Shown here in pieces: positions 1-14,157 of a stretch of 64,000 nt of DNA. Made by a program: the position numbers and the translations under genes. Source of the stretch: Eledone cirrhosa (Eukaryota); assembly GCA_964016885.1 (NCBI GenBank), contig CAXHJY010000861.1:258667-322666 (forward strand). Direction: 5' to 3'. Positions within the stretch are counted from its first letter, which is position 1. The number at the start of each line of letters is the position of its first letter. The notes below the pieces were generated by a model. It did no database searches. It saw only the letters and a list, made by a program, of their open reading frames with translations, and was not told the origin of the DNA.

Positions 1-2119
1 TATGTGCCCATCATTGTGCAATGCATGCGTGCGTTTATGTATGTGTGTGTGTCGGCACACACACATACCTATAGACATCATATCTATAGACATCAAAAGG
101 TATGCAAATTTGTGTATATTTGTGTTGCACCATAGAACATGTGTGTTTACGTATGTCATTGTGTTTATATGTGGGTAGAGATGTATGCTGATGTAGGTAT
201 GTATGTTGACGTGTGGGTTCGTCTTAGGGAGAAGTGTTTAGACGGGGTCCGTATTTGTTAATAAAGTAAGATTTCTTGCTGATGCGCTGGGTGTGGGTGG
301 CATTATCTTTAAATTTGTAGAGGGGAAAGATTCTGAAGTTGGGATGATTTTGGGCTGCACAGGTATCAATGTGTTCACTCAGTGGTATTTTCCTGTATTC
401 CCGTATTTTAATTTGGGATCTATGGACAGTCATGAGTTGGCGGAGGCTGTTTTTAGTCTGGCCTATGTATTGTTCTCGACAACCTGAGCAAGTTAATACA
501 TATATTAGATTTTCTGATGCGCATGTGAAATTGTGTTTTACTATAAAACGTTGTCCTTCTTTGAAATAGAATTCCAAACCCTCTATTAGGTTGATGCATA
601 TGCCACAGTTGGGTCTATCACATTTTTTTACTGTGGGTTTCGTTGTTGTAGTTGGCAGTACTTTGGCATGTGTTAGGATGTTTTTCATTGACTTAGATTG
701 TCTTTTGCTCTTTATGATATCGTGTGTTCATATGATTTGGTTCATTCTATGGTCCTTTTTCAACACAGGGATGTTCTGGAGGATGGTGTCAAAGGCCTCA
801 TTGTTGAGGGGGTTGTGTGTGGAGATGTATGTAAGAGCTTTTAGTTTCGGTTGATTTACTTTAGGGTGTCTAAGATCCTGGGTACTGAGTTTTGGGGCAC
901 GTTGGATTCCATTGTCAATTAGTGATGCAGGGTAGTCCCTGCCTATGAGTGTGTCCTTTAGTTCTTGTAGCCGTAAGTAGCAGGTGTTTTTATTGGAGAC
1001 TATAGTACAGATTCTCTTGGCTAAGTTGTAGGGAATATTAATTTTAACGTCTAGGGTGGCACGAGTTGAAAGGAAGATATTGCTTGGAGTCTGTGGGCTT
1101 GTAGTATATGTCTGTTTCTATTTTTTTGTTATGGATCTTAATGAGGATGTCGAGGAAGGGGAGTTGTTGATGGCTGTATTCCATCGTGAAGTTAATATTC
1201 GTGTTGAGCCCATTTATAAGGGTGTGAAATTCTTTAAGTTTTTCGATGTTTTCGTGCCAAAGGATGAAGCAGTCATCTAGATATCGCTTCCAGTTCCTTT
1301 CTATATGTAAGTGGAGAGTGTTTCCAAATTTGTTTAGGACTTTAGTGTAGAGGGTGATTTCCAGGTATCCCATGACTAGGTTGGCATAAGTGGGGGCTGT
1401 TTTCGTTCCTATAGCGGTCCCAGATTTCTGCCTGTAGGGTTTGTTATTGAAAACGAATTGTTCTCCAAGATAAATTTGAGTCCCTCTATCACAAATTCTT
1501 TTTTGATGCGTTGTGGGAGTTCATTGTGGTAATTATCCAGCCAGAATTGGATAGCTTCTATTCCTAGGTTGTGGGGGATGTTGGAGTATAGGTTGACTAC
1601 ATCAAACGTCACTAGTAGGGTTTGTTCAGAAAGGGGCATATTAGGGAGGTGATTGAGCATATCTAGGTCGTCCCTTATATAGCTTTTGATGTGTTTGAGA
1701 AAAGGCTTGAGAAGGGTATCAATGAAGTTGCTAAGGCGGTGCGTTTCGCAAGCGGGGCTTGCTATTATAGGTCTTAATTTGAGATCATTGGGTGAGGGGA
1801 CATTAATGACTATGTCTGTGGCTTCCTTGCATGCCTTACTTATTAATTCGCTTTTATGTACTTTAGGGATACCGTAGAAAAGGCTGGATTTATTTGTGAA
1901 GTCTGTGATGAAGCTGAATTCCTTGTTAGTGAGTCCTTCTTTGTATTGGTTGATCAGAGTTTTTAGGTTTCTCATAATTTTCTGTTGATTGTAGTGTTCA
2001 GCCTTTTCGTAGTATGTTTCGTTTTCCAAAGTGGAGAGCGCTAAGTTGATATAGAATTCTGTCTCCATTAGGACTACTGTACTCCCTTTATCAGCCTCTT
2101 TAATTGTAATGGTTCTTTT
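1..2119 (-). mobile_element. Penelope-like element 1, 5'-truncated, frameshifted RT plus C-terminal GIY-YIG; 3' end runs off the window
   Basis: ORF pieces 1409-2119 (LRPIIAS, LVTFDVVNLYSNIP), 1044-1373 (WKRYLDDCF, TDIYYKPTD) and 224-688 (CDRPNCGIC linker, NLIYVLTC..CREQYIGQT). Confidence 0.93.
224..688 (-). pseudogene. GIY-YIG endonuclease domain of Penelope-like element 1
   Basis: IY...YIGQT motif, H..H residues and terminal LN, typical of PLE endonucleases. Confidence 0.9.
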
Positions 2120-2552
2120 ACTACTACTACACACACACACATATTTGTTTTGAAAGACTTATTTTTCAATGACTTCTCAATCAGCCGACACAAACCTACA
2201 TTTGGCGCAAAATCAATTTTTTACATTCACATGACCTCTACCGACCAATCAAAATTGTTTTGACCACAAGAATTTTTGCAACACGAATTGGCGCAAAACT
2301 TATTTTAATACCGCTGGAGCCACGTTTTTAACATAAAAACAGGTAGAATTTCCAAAACTAATCAGATTAGAGCAAACATCACGAATGCTCTATCTCAAAA
2401 TTATTTTTGAAAAGCATTAGAAATGCGCAACCGGTAAAACTTAAAACCAAAACTGAATACTAACCAATACTATTACTAATTCTCACTTATTCCTAATTAA
2501 ACTATTTTTCACTGTGAATAATTTGTCAGCATTTTCTTTTCCGTTTACCAAT
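2120..2552 (+). repeat. Inverted pseudo-LTR segment at the 5' truncation point of Penelope-like element 1
   Basis: Reverse complement of 13000-13520, which is contiguous with sequence matching this element's 3' UTR (14085-14122 resembles 121-159). Confidence 0.7.
2404..2439 (+). ncRNA. Variant or degenerate minimal hammerhead motif
   Basis: TTT-TTGAAAA-GCAT(TAGAA)ATGC-GCAA-CCGG-TA-AAA; U3-A8 core, GCAA instead of GAAA, weak stem I. Confidence 0.45.
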
Positions 2553-2652
2553 ATATCATAACTTGTGTGTTACACCTCTATTCTTTTAAATATATATATA
2601 TATGTGTACATGTATATATATATACATGTACATGTATATATATATATATACA

Positions 2653-2694
<42 letters not shown>

Positions 2695-2706
2695 CATGTA
2701 TATATA

Positions 2707-3061
2707 TCATCATCATCATCACCGTTTTACGTCCGTTCTTCCACGCTAGCATGGGTTAGACGGGTTGTCCTGTTGTGGGCAGTGTCTGGTCGGCTGACCA
2801 TGCCTTGCTCATACAGGAACTGATCTGGCTTGATTTCTACAGCTGGATGCCCTTCCTAACACCAACCTCATTTACAGTGAGTGCTGGGTGCTTTTTCGTG
2901 GCGCCTACACGTCCACTTTACAGTGTGGGCTGGGTGCTTTTTTTGCCGTGGCACCTCCACGGCCACCTTGCGGTGGAGGGGGGGGGCATATTGTTTATAT
3001 GCTTCAGCATGTACCCATGGGAGGTCGGGTACCCTGTATTACTGCGTGACGCCAGAAGTCA
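2707..3061 (-). mobile_element. RTE family B 3' fragment
   Basis: Near-identical to 23975-24333; (GAT)n tail; flanked by TA arrays. Confidence 0.92.
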
Positions 3062-3085
3062 TATATATATATATATACATACATG

Positions 3086-3169
<84 letters not shown>

Positions 3170-3224
3170 CATGTACATGTATATATATGTATATATACAT
3201 GTACATGTATATATATATATATAT

Positions 3225-5263
3225 AACTTTGAACTTTGAATAACTTTGAAATGTTTTGGCCAGTATTGGCCCAGGCCATGTCTAACTTAATAGCACCACC
3301 TGGCGAAGTTTTTCAATTCAGGATTTGGGCACCATGGCCCATTCGAGAAGAGAATTACTGTTTGCGGAGACATATCCGGGTGTGGGTGATTTGTCCGGGA
3401 TTACTTGGAGGAATTTGTCCAAAGACTTCTTGAATTTTGTGTGGTCAGTTTCTGTTTTGACGTGTCCTGGTGTGATGTTGAAGAGAGCAGGGCCGATTGA
3501 GGTGAAATAATTGTGCCGTATTGTTGTTATGAGTTGCGATTTAGATTTTTGAATGGGACGGATAGCACGGGGCCCAAACCTTGGGTGTATCTTGAAGGCG
3601 ATGCCAACATCATTTGGGCAGTGATGATGGAACATTTTCCACATCATGCAGATAATATAACGCTCACGGCGACGTTGGAGTGAGTAAAGTTTCAGGTTTT
3701 CTAATCGACCCCAGTAGTCAAGGTCTGACATGCCATCTATCTTTTTCGTGATTGCCCTTTGAGGAGCTTCAAGTTTCATGATACTTTGTTTCGTGTGGGG
3801 AGACCACAGTGGACAACAGTATTCAAGGTGTGGTCGGGCGAAAGTAGAGAAGAGAAGGATAATGGTGCGGGAATCTCTCGACTGGAAGGTTCTGAGGATC
3901 CAGGAACACATTCTGCGGGCCATGTCAACTTTGCTGCTTATATGCGTGGTCCAGCTTATGTTGCTGTCCACGGTTACTCCCAAGTCTCTGATGTTGTTAG
4001 ATGCCACGAGAGTTTCCCCGGAGGGAAGGGAGTACGGGAGTTTCAGAGCATCCTCTTTTCCAAAGTGGATCAGTTCGAATTTGTCTTCGTTCAGTAACAT
4101 GTTGTTCTTTTCCGCCCATTGGGTAACAGCCAGTAGGTCTGACTGAAGGCTTATCCGGTCATCCACGCCATTGATGACCTTTTGGAGCTTGGAATCATCA
4201 GCAAAAATTTTAATGTTGCTGTGTTTGATGATGTCAGTGATGTCATTAATATAGATGATGAAGAGAAATGGGCCCAACACAGTGCCTTGTGGGACCCCAC
4301 TACTGACTTTGGCTGGGCTGGATTTGACTCCCTCAACTACAACATGTTGGGTTCTGTTTGACAGGAAGCTCTTGATCCACTGCAGCAGCTTTCCAGTGAC
4401 ACCAATATTGGACAGCTTTCTCAGTAGAATGTTATGATCAACCCTGTCAAAGGCCTTGCTGAAATCAAGGTAGATAACATCAGTGTTGGAACCCTCTCCC
4501 AAGGCTCTCAAAATGTCATCAAAGTGATGCAGTAGCTGCGTCAGGCAATCCCTTCCATTACGGAATCCATGCTGGTTGGAGTTCAGCATATTGTTACTCT
4601 CAAGGAAGTGGGTCATTCGCGATCTCACCACTCTCTCAAATACCTTAATGATATGAGAGGTGAGTGAGATTGGACGGTAATTCACGGCAAGGGATTTGTT
4701 TCCCTTTTTGAAAACTGGGACAACAGACTGGGATAGAAGGTTTTCTGGCACATATCCAGCATCCAGTGAGTTCCGCCACAGATTGGCAAGAGGAGATGCA
4801 AGTTGGTGTTGACACGCCTTCAAGACACAAGCAGGGAACCTATCGGGACCTACTGCTGAATTATGCTTGATTTCCTTTATTGCCGCCAAGACATCAGGGG
4901 CGCCAAACGTTATGTCCGATAAGGTGTAATGGGGAGTAACATCGCCGATACAGCCCAGATCGGCCATATCAGGATTGCTGAAAACAGAGCAGTATTGTTT
5001 CTGCAGTATCTCACCCATGGTTTTAGCATTGTCTTGAAGAGTGCCATTTTCATCAATTAGAGGGCCAACAGTAGAGCCAGTGATTTTGTGTTTTTTTGCA
5101 AATGAAAAGAACACTTTGGGATTGAGTTTGATCTTCTCAATGGCCCAGGCCTCTTCAGCTCTTCTCTGATTGTTGATGAGGGACATTATGTTGTTTTGGA
5201 GGTTACGTTTTTTAATCTCTAGTGATGAAATGGCAGTCAAGTTGATGTGTTGCTGCTGACAGT
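3225..5263 (-). mobile_element. CR1-group LINE family A, 5'-truncated
   Basis: Open frame 3318-5262 with [50 protein letters not shown]; 3' tail (TTCAAAG)n-like; TA arrays both sides. Confidence 0.93.
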
Positions 5264-6700
<1,437 letters not shown>

Positions 6701-8752
6701 TTCGTTTCTGAATTTGTTTAGCAAGATTTTTTATCTGAAATCGTGTGTTGAAACCGATATTGTTATACTTTGGGAGGGTCATGTTGCCAATAAGAAACAC
6801 ACGCACCAGTTGCTTTCACTTCAATTTATTATATATTTATAAATTTTCAAATTTACAAACTTATAAATTTCTGGTTGTTGGTTGGTTCCACAACCAGATA
6901 GTTGTTTATATATAGTCATAGTCCTTTCGTCACACACTCTGTGACCTCTTCAGTGACTGGGGATTCCTTTCTTTGTTTCTGTGCCTTTCCTTTCTTCTAT
7001 CCTATGCCATTTTGTTTCTGTGTGTGTGTTGTGTGCTCAGTTTGCGCATGCGCCACATCCGGGTGTCTGTGTGTGTTTGTGTTCATTTATCTATTTGTTT
7101 ATTTATTTATTTATTTATTGTTGGTTGGTTGTTTGTTCTATGTGTGTGTGTGTTTTCATTTTGTCCTGTGTGTGTTTTCATTTTGTCCTTAATTGTAAGT
7201 TGTTTGTTCTATGTGTGTGTGTGTTTTCATTTTGTCCCGTGTGTGTTTTCATTTTGTCCTTAATTGTAAGTTGTGATGTTGCTGTTCCACTCATATTTTC
7301 TATTTAATTTTGGTTTTAATTCTTTTATGCTTACTGCCTCTGTAATTTGCCTAAACATTGCGTCTTTTCTGTGTGTGGATTCTATTTTTATTTCTATGTT
7401 CTCTAATCTACCCCTGTGTTCTATCTTAGCATGTTGGTAGAGCACAGATGATTCTTTATTATCTTGGAGGTCTCGCCAGTGTTCATTTATTCGTTCCCCT
7501 ATACTACGAGCTGTCTCACCTATGTACACTATATTTTTGTTTCTACATTGTCCTTCAGTACATCTTATGCTATACACTACATTTCTAGTTTTACAGTTAA
7601 TATGGGGGCTTATTTTACAGGTTATACATTTCTTATCTATACATGAGGGTCTTTGGAACGGGTATGTCTTGCTAATAAGTGTTTTTACGGAGGTACCTGG
7701 TCTTTCTACTATCTTAATATTGAGATTATGTTTATTTAGGGCCCTTCTAAATTTGTAGGCTAGTTCGCCTCTAGGGGTTGTATTGATGAACATTACACTC
7801 TGGTATTTATTGCTATCATACCATGAGTTTATTCTATTGGCCTTGTTCCTAGTTCTTTCTATTCTATTCCAAAATTTGCTCCTATACAAGGGGCCGGTCC
7901 CATTTATGTCATTATTTACCATTTTTTCCCATTTGGTTCTGGCTCCTTTATACACTCTGATTCTATCTCTCTGATTGTAGCCAGAGAACTGCATACGGTG
8001 GATGAAGTGTTGTATGTGTCTCTCTAGTTCTTCGGGGTTGCACATGCAGGACACATTTCTCATCACCCGTACCAAATCCGCAATCAGTATGTTGATTTTG
8101 GTATGGTCCGAAATGGCCGAGTTTCGGTGGATCAGATGTTTGGAAGTCATGGGTTTGGCATAATGGGAATGGAGGATTTGTTTTTGGTTGTTAATGGTAT
8201 CTAACCAGAGCTCTGTGTCTAGTACAGGTAATCGATGGTTGGGGTGTCTACTTGGGTAGTCTATAGTAACTCTAATGCTCTGGTGGATGGAGTTTGCTAT
8301 TTGCTGGATGCTTTCCATTGTGTTTTTCTCTAGTTCCTAACTGTTCTTTAGTGGGGGTGTCTTAACTACGATGTTTATATCATCTACGTAGCGGGAGTAC
8401 ATTATCAGGGTTAAGCTGTCTTCTAATTGTTCTTTAAGTTTTTGTTTAAGTCTACTGTCCCACCATACCATGAATAAGTTAGCTATGTCGCCTGCAATGC
8501 TAACACCAATGGCTGCTCCTTCCTCTTGGGCATATGTTTTACCATTAAATTTGAACATATGTTCCTTAAGGGTTAATTTTATGCTGGCCCCTACCGCATG
8601 TGCAATCATTTTCTTCAGTTCATCGTGGTTTTCGGGTGTCCGTATGGCTCTGGTCCACCCGTTCCATCTATCTGTGTGGGTTTTCTTGGCCATTGAGGTA
8701 ATGGTAGGTGGTCTGCCTCTTGCTGGTCTTGTAGGGCACAGGTTGCTGGTCT
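6701..8752 (-). mobile_element. Penelope-like element 2, 5'-truncated
   Basis: GAAIGVSIAGDIANLFM, YSRYVDD (8337-8693); thumb, CIDKKCITC linker and NVVYSIRC..YIGET GIY-YIG (7260-8318); in-frame stop near 8337; hammerhead in 3' UTR. Confidence 0.93.
6914..6958 (-). ncRNA. Minimal type I hammerhead ribozyme
   Basis: AGUCA-CUGAAGA-G-GUCACA(GAGUG)UGUGAC-GAAA-GGAC-UA^-UGACU; 5-bp stem I, 6-bp stem II. Confidence 0.88.
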
Positions 8753-11700
8753 TGGATGGCGTGGCACCAACATAACTTTACATAGAACGGGGTGGTGTGG
8801 ATGGGGTGGGGGTGGTGGTGGTGGGACGGGGTGTATTTTGTTAGAGATGCCTACTGGCTGTAGTAGGTTTTACTATGTATTTAGGTAAGGCGGGTCTTCT
8901 CTGTTACTGAGTACCGCCAAAGGTCTCGGTTCAGTGACATTGTCTTGGAGAGGTGTAAGTGTGTGAGGTCGGAGTTTATCAGCTCATCCCAGGTTTTTCT
9001 AGGTCTGCCTATTCCGTGGCTACCGTCTATCTTTATTGCCCTGCACTTTGTTATACAGCTATCGACTTTCATGCGCATCACGTGTCCATACCAACGTAGC
9101 CTTCTCTCGAGTAAACAATATCTGATCCCTCTTATTTCTAATTTTTTCCTTAGTTCGTTTATGCTTTGCCGTTCACGTATATTACTGTTACACATCCAGC
9201 GGAGCATGCAAGCTTCGTTCCTCTCTAGTCTGCGTATATCCTCTGCACACAATGCCCAGGTCTCACTGCCATGCAACATTGCTGTTCGTATGCAGGCATC
9301 GTACAACCTGCCTTTCATTTTTAGGGAGAACCCTTTAGCAGCTAATAGTGGTATAAGCTCTCTGAACTTTTTCCAACCAGTTCTGACTCTAGCTACTGTA
9401 CTTTCAGAGCACCCTCCCCCACTGCTGATTTTATCGCCCAGGTAACGGGAGCTGTTCACTATTTCTATAGAACCCTCTGCGCAATTGAAAGAGCTAGTAT
9501 TTTGTGGGCACTTGCTGCTACTTATTGCACCAGAGCACCGGCCACATGTAAAATCTATGTTCTTAGTTAGCTTACCTGTGATCCCACTACATCTTTTATG
9601 CACCCATACTTTGCATTTAGGACATAAAATGGAGTTTCTACCTACGCCTTTCCTACACACCGAGCACGACCATTTCCCAGAAGGGACCGCCGCCTTATTT
9701 TCTTTCCTACAAACTAGAACTTTAGTCTTAGCCAGGTTAATTTTAAGTACTTTTGATTCTAGGCCGTGCTTCCATGTTTGAAATTTCTTCTCTAGCTCGG
9801 CCATTGATTCCGCTATGAGTTTCAGGTCGTCTGCGTATAGGAGTTCCCATGGGCAGCCGGTCTTGAACTCCTCTGTTATAGCCTGAAGGGCAATAATAAA
9901 TAGTAGGGGGCTGAGAACAGAGCCCTGATGGACGCCAACTTTTACGCTAAACTCTTCACTATATTCGTTGTTAATTCTAACCTTGCTGACTGTTTCTTTA
10001 TACATGGCTTGTATAGCCCTCACAAGCCATTCGTCAACGCCTAGTTTTCTAAGAGCCCACCAGATAATGGAGCGGGGGACTCTGTCGAAGGCTTTCTCCA
10101 AGTCGACAAAAGCTAAGTAGAGGGGTTTACCTTTAGCTAGGTACTTCTCCTGTAGTTGTCGTACAATGAAAAGAGCGTCTGTGGTACTTTTGCCTGACAC
10201 AAACCCAAACTGCATTTCATCTAGGTCAATTCTCTCTCTGATTAGTTGCGCTATTACTTTTTCCGTGACCTTCATGACCTGGTCGATTAATTTAATGCCT
10301 CTATAGTTACTCCTATCTAGGGCGTCTCCTTTACCCTTATAACAGTTAACGATGATGCTGCTATGCCAGTCCTTCGGAACAACCCCATTCTGTACGACTT
10401 GGTTAACTATGCGGGTGACCATGGTGTGTCCCACCGTGCCAGATTCCTTCAGCATCTCAGCAACTATTTCCCGAAGGCCCAGCCACCTTACCCGTCTTCA
10501 TATCCTTGATAGCTTTACTTATTATACTCCCCTCGACTAACACTGCTGGTCCCTCTATTGGGTCGATATGGGGGAGACTGTCTTTCTCCCATTTATTCTC
10601 CTCATTTAGTAGCCTTTCATAGTGACACTTCCAAGCTACCTTCTTATCAGCGTCGGTGATGGCAAGTATGCCATCATCGTTAAGTACACACTTCTCCCCG
10701 ACAATATCACGGTTTTCCTTGACGCATTGCCTAGCAATCCTGAACACCTCACGTTTTTGGTCCTCGCGTTGTAGAACATGCTTGAACTTTCTTTCCTCTG
10801 CTTCCCTTCTTGCTAAGTACACGTGTCTCCTAGCTTCCCTCCTGGCCACTTGATAGTCTTCTCTACTTCCCCCATCCCGCCATACTTTCCAAGCCTGCTT
10901 TTTGGCCTTAATTGACCCCTCCACCTTACTGTTCCACCACCATGTTACTCTCCTCCTGCCTACAGGCCTGCTCCAGCCACAGACTTCGTCTGTCGCCATC
11001 AGCAGGTTTGCTTTCAGAAATTCCCACTGTCCCTCTATATTGTCCGACTCTAAATGTTCTTCCTTACTGTCGAAAGCATCAAGTAATATGCTTTGAAATT
11101 CATTTCTGGCTGTGGGGTCCTTTAGCTTCCATATTTTTCTCCTGAGGATAGTCCTCTTCTGCTGTCGAGTACGTCTCGTCCTGACTATGAGGTCGCTAAT
11201 TATCAGTCTATGTTGGGAGGTGCATTCTTCATGGGGGAGGGATTTAGTGTTTACAACAGACACTCTGTCACGTCTTCTGGTAAGGATATAATCTACCTGG
11301 CTTGTGTGTTCCCCGGATCTATAGGTGATCAGGTGATTGTCACGTTTTTTGAAGTTAGTGTTACAGATAGTTAGGTTATTTGCATCACAGAATTCCAGGA
11401 TTCTGGAGCCTTCCTCATTTCTAGTACCAAACCCATAGCCTCCATGGATTTCGTCGTAGCCGTCACAATGTTGTCCAACGTGACCATTTAGGTCGCCTGC
11501 AATAATTATATAGTCACTGTCGGATATTTGGGAGGTAGTTAGCATCAGTGTCTCATAGAATCTGTCTTTTATAGTGCTGGGCAGTCCGGATTGGGGTGCA
11601 TACGCAGATATTACTGCCACCGTAGTTCTATTGAGGACAAGTCGTATTTTAATTATTCTGTCGTTCACTCTATTTACGTCTATTATCTTATCTGCCCACT

Positions 11701-12356
11701 TTTCTGCTACCATGATTCCTACTCCACCCAGCCCAGAAAAGCTTATTACATCGTTTTTTACCCTCAATGAATCTAGCAGACCCACTCCTCCACCTGGTCT
11801 CTTGAATACAACAAACATTGACCTCCTTACGTTCAAGCATTTCTACAACCTCGTTAGCGTGACCCTTTAGGGTGCCTACATTTATGGTACCAACTCTGAA
11901 GTTTTGGATTGCGTTTGGAGGGTGGGGGCGGTGGGGGGCGGGGGGAGATGGGGTTATGTTAGCCGCCCGCGGTCGAAACAAAGAGGAGTGCTCGCATTCT
12001 CGTCCACGAGGTGAATTTGTTTTTAACTTTGGCATTTTCGCTGAGCGTCCAGATTTTTCTCTCTCTTCCACTCTCCAGGATTCCGCAGTCCATCCATCCA
12101 TCCATCCATCATATATCGAAAGGCAACCGGGCAAGCGATAGTATAGGCCTCTGGCTTATGATTGGTCCGCGTAATAACAATGGTGCGGGGGGGGGGGGGG
12201 CTCTGGCGTATGATTGGTCCACGTAATAACAATGGTGGTGTGTGGAGGTGGGTGGGAGGGGTGTGGGGTAGCTAGCTGGAAGGTTAGGATTGTTTAACAA
12301 GCGATTAACAAAAAAACAAAAATGCAGGATTTGTTCTGTTCAATACGACAAAAACA
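8753..12356 (-). mobile_element. RTE family A LINE, near full-length, frameshifted, 3' end missing
   Basis: APE endonuclease (GTINVGT, CIQET, GDLNGHVG, QVDYIL) and RT (FVDLEKAFD, GVHQGSVLSP, YADD); highly similar to 38749-41931. Confidence 0.96.
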
Positions 12357-12373
12357 TGTATATATATATATAT

Positions 12374-12980
12374 ATTTAAAATATATGATAAACACGAAAT
12401 GTGTTTATATTGCAACAGACAAAGTTAGCTATTAATGAAATAAACTAATTAAAGTAAATACAATTTGTCTGTCTCGATATAAGTCAATAAAGACAAGCTT
12501 ATATTGGCAACGGCCATGATTCCTGGACATATTTAAATTTCGAAATTCAAACCTGTTCTATAGACGAATTTGAACCTCGAAACCCAAATAAGTTTCGCAA
12601 CGGTGAAATGTGAATTGAAAAATAAAGAGAATCGAAATGGAGTTGAAATAAAAGAGTGAAATACCCAAATCTACTGTGCTTATCAACAGGAATCTAGTAA
12701 AATTAGTCTATCTCACATCAAAAATTTTGCAGGTCTGACTACACGTGTGTAGGCAGGCCAAAACTAGCTATCCGGCATTCACGGTGCTAGAAATAACAGC
12801 CGCTTATGCAAGATTAAGGATCAGCTCATACAATAAAGGAGCTATACATTATATTATATTTTGAGAATAAACTCTCAGTCGTTTACAATAATTAAGCTCC
12901 AGGAAGGGGCTCTTCCGAGCAGTTACATTTAAAATATATGATAAACACGAAATGTGTTTATATTGCAACAGACAAAGTTA
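12374..12980. repeat. Unclassified non-coding unit bounded by 54-bp perfect direct repeats
   Basis: 12374-12427 equals 12927-12980; TA runs on both sides. Confidence 0.8.
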
Positions 12981-12999
12981 TATATATACATGTATATAT

Positions 13000-13576
13000 T
13001 GGTAAACAGAATAGAAAATGCTGACAAATTGTTCACAGTTGAAAAATGGTTTAATTAGGAATAAAAGAGTATTAGTGATTGTATGGGTTAGTATTCAGTT
13101 GTGGTTTTAAGTTTTTAAGTTTTTACCGGTTGCGCATTTCTAAATGCTTTTCAAAAATAATTTTGAGATAGAGTGTCCGTGCTGTTTGCTCTGATCTGAT
13201 TAGTTTTGGGAATTCTACCTGTTTTTATGTTAAAAAAGTGGCTCCAGCGTTACTTTGGTGTTGCAAAAATTCTTGTGGTCAAAACAATTTTGATTGATCG
13301 GTAGAGGTCATGTGAATGTAAAAAATTGATTTTGCGCCAAGACTGTTTTTATGTTAAAAAAGTGGCTCCAGCGCTATTTGGTGTTTGCAAAAATTCTTGT
13401 GGTCAAAACAATTTTGATTGGTCGGTAGAGGTCATGTGAATAAAAAATTGGTTTTGCGCCAAGATTGAGAAATGACTCTTTCACAACAAATATGTGTGTG
13501 TGTGTGTGTAGTAGTAGTAAGGTGTTCGATGTTGTGATAATGGTTAGCAGGGATGTGTGTCAAATGGCTATTAAGA

Positions 13577-13640
<64 letters not shown>

Positions 13641-13800
13641 GCAGAGTAATTTGTCGTAGCAGGGATGGTCAGGTAAGAATGTGTCTGAAAGCAATGGGGG
13701 GTATTTTAGCATGTCAAAAGATATTTTTCAGCTTTTGTCTTATACGGAGAAGTGCGTGTGTGTGTATAAGTCTCTTTGTATGTTAATGTACGCGTGTGTA

Positions 13801-13854
<54 letters not shown>

Positions 13855-14122
13855 GGTGGGTGGACCAGTATTTTTTTCCCCCTGGTAAAATGGTGTGCAT
13901 TATTCGATTTTTTCAGTAAAATCGGTTCTCTTAATAGAACATCAAAAATCTTAACAATAAAAGGTGTGAAATGATATTCACTACATATATATACACATAC
14001 ATATATTCACTATATATATATATATATATATATACATATATATACATATATATATATATACATATATATACACATATATTTTTCTGTGTTGCACCATAGA
14101 GCATGTGTGTTTACGTATGTCA
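13000..14122 (-). mobile_element. 3' UTR/pseudo-LTR of Penelope-like family 1 (solo fragment)
   Basis: Matches 2120-2552 in inverted orientation and 121-159 directly; internal ~120-bp tandem duplication 13220-13465; (TG)n runs; variant hammerhead 13122-13157. Confidence 0.65.
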
Positions 14123-14156
<34 letters not shown>

Positions 14157-14157
14157 C

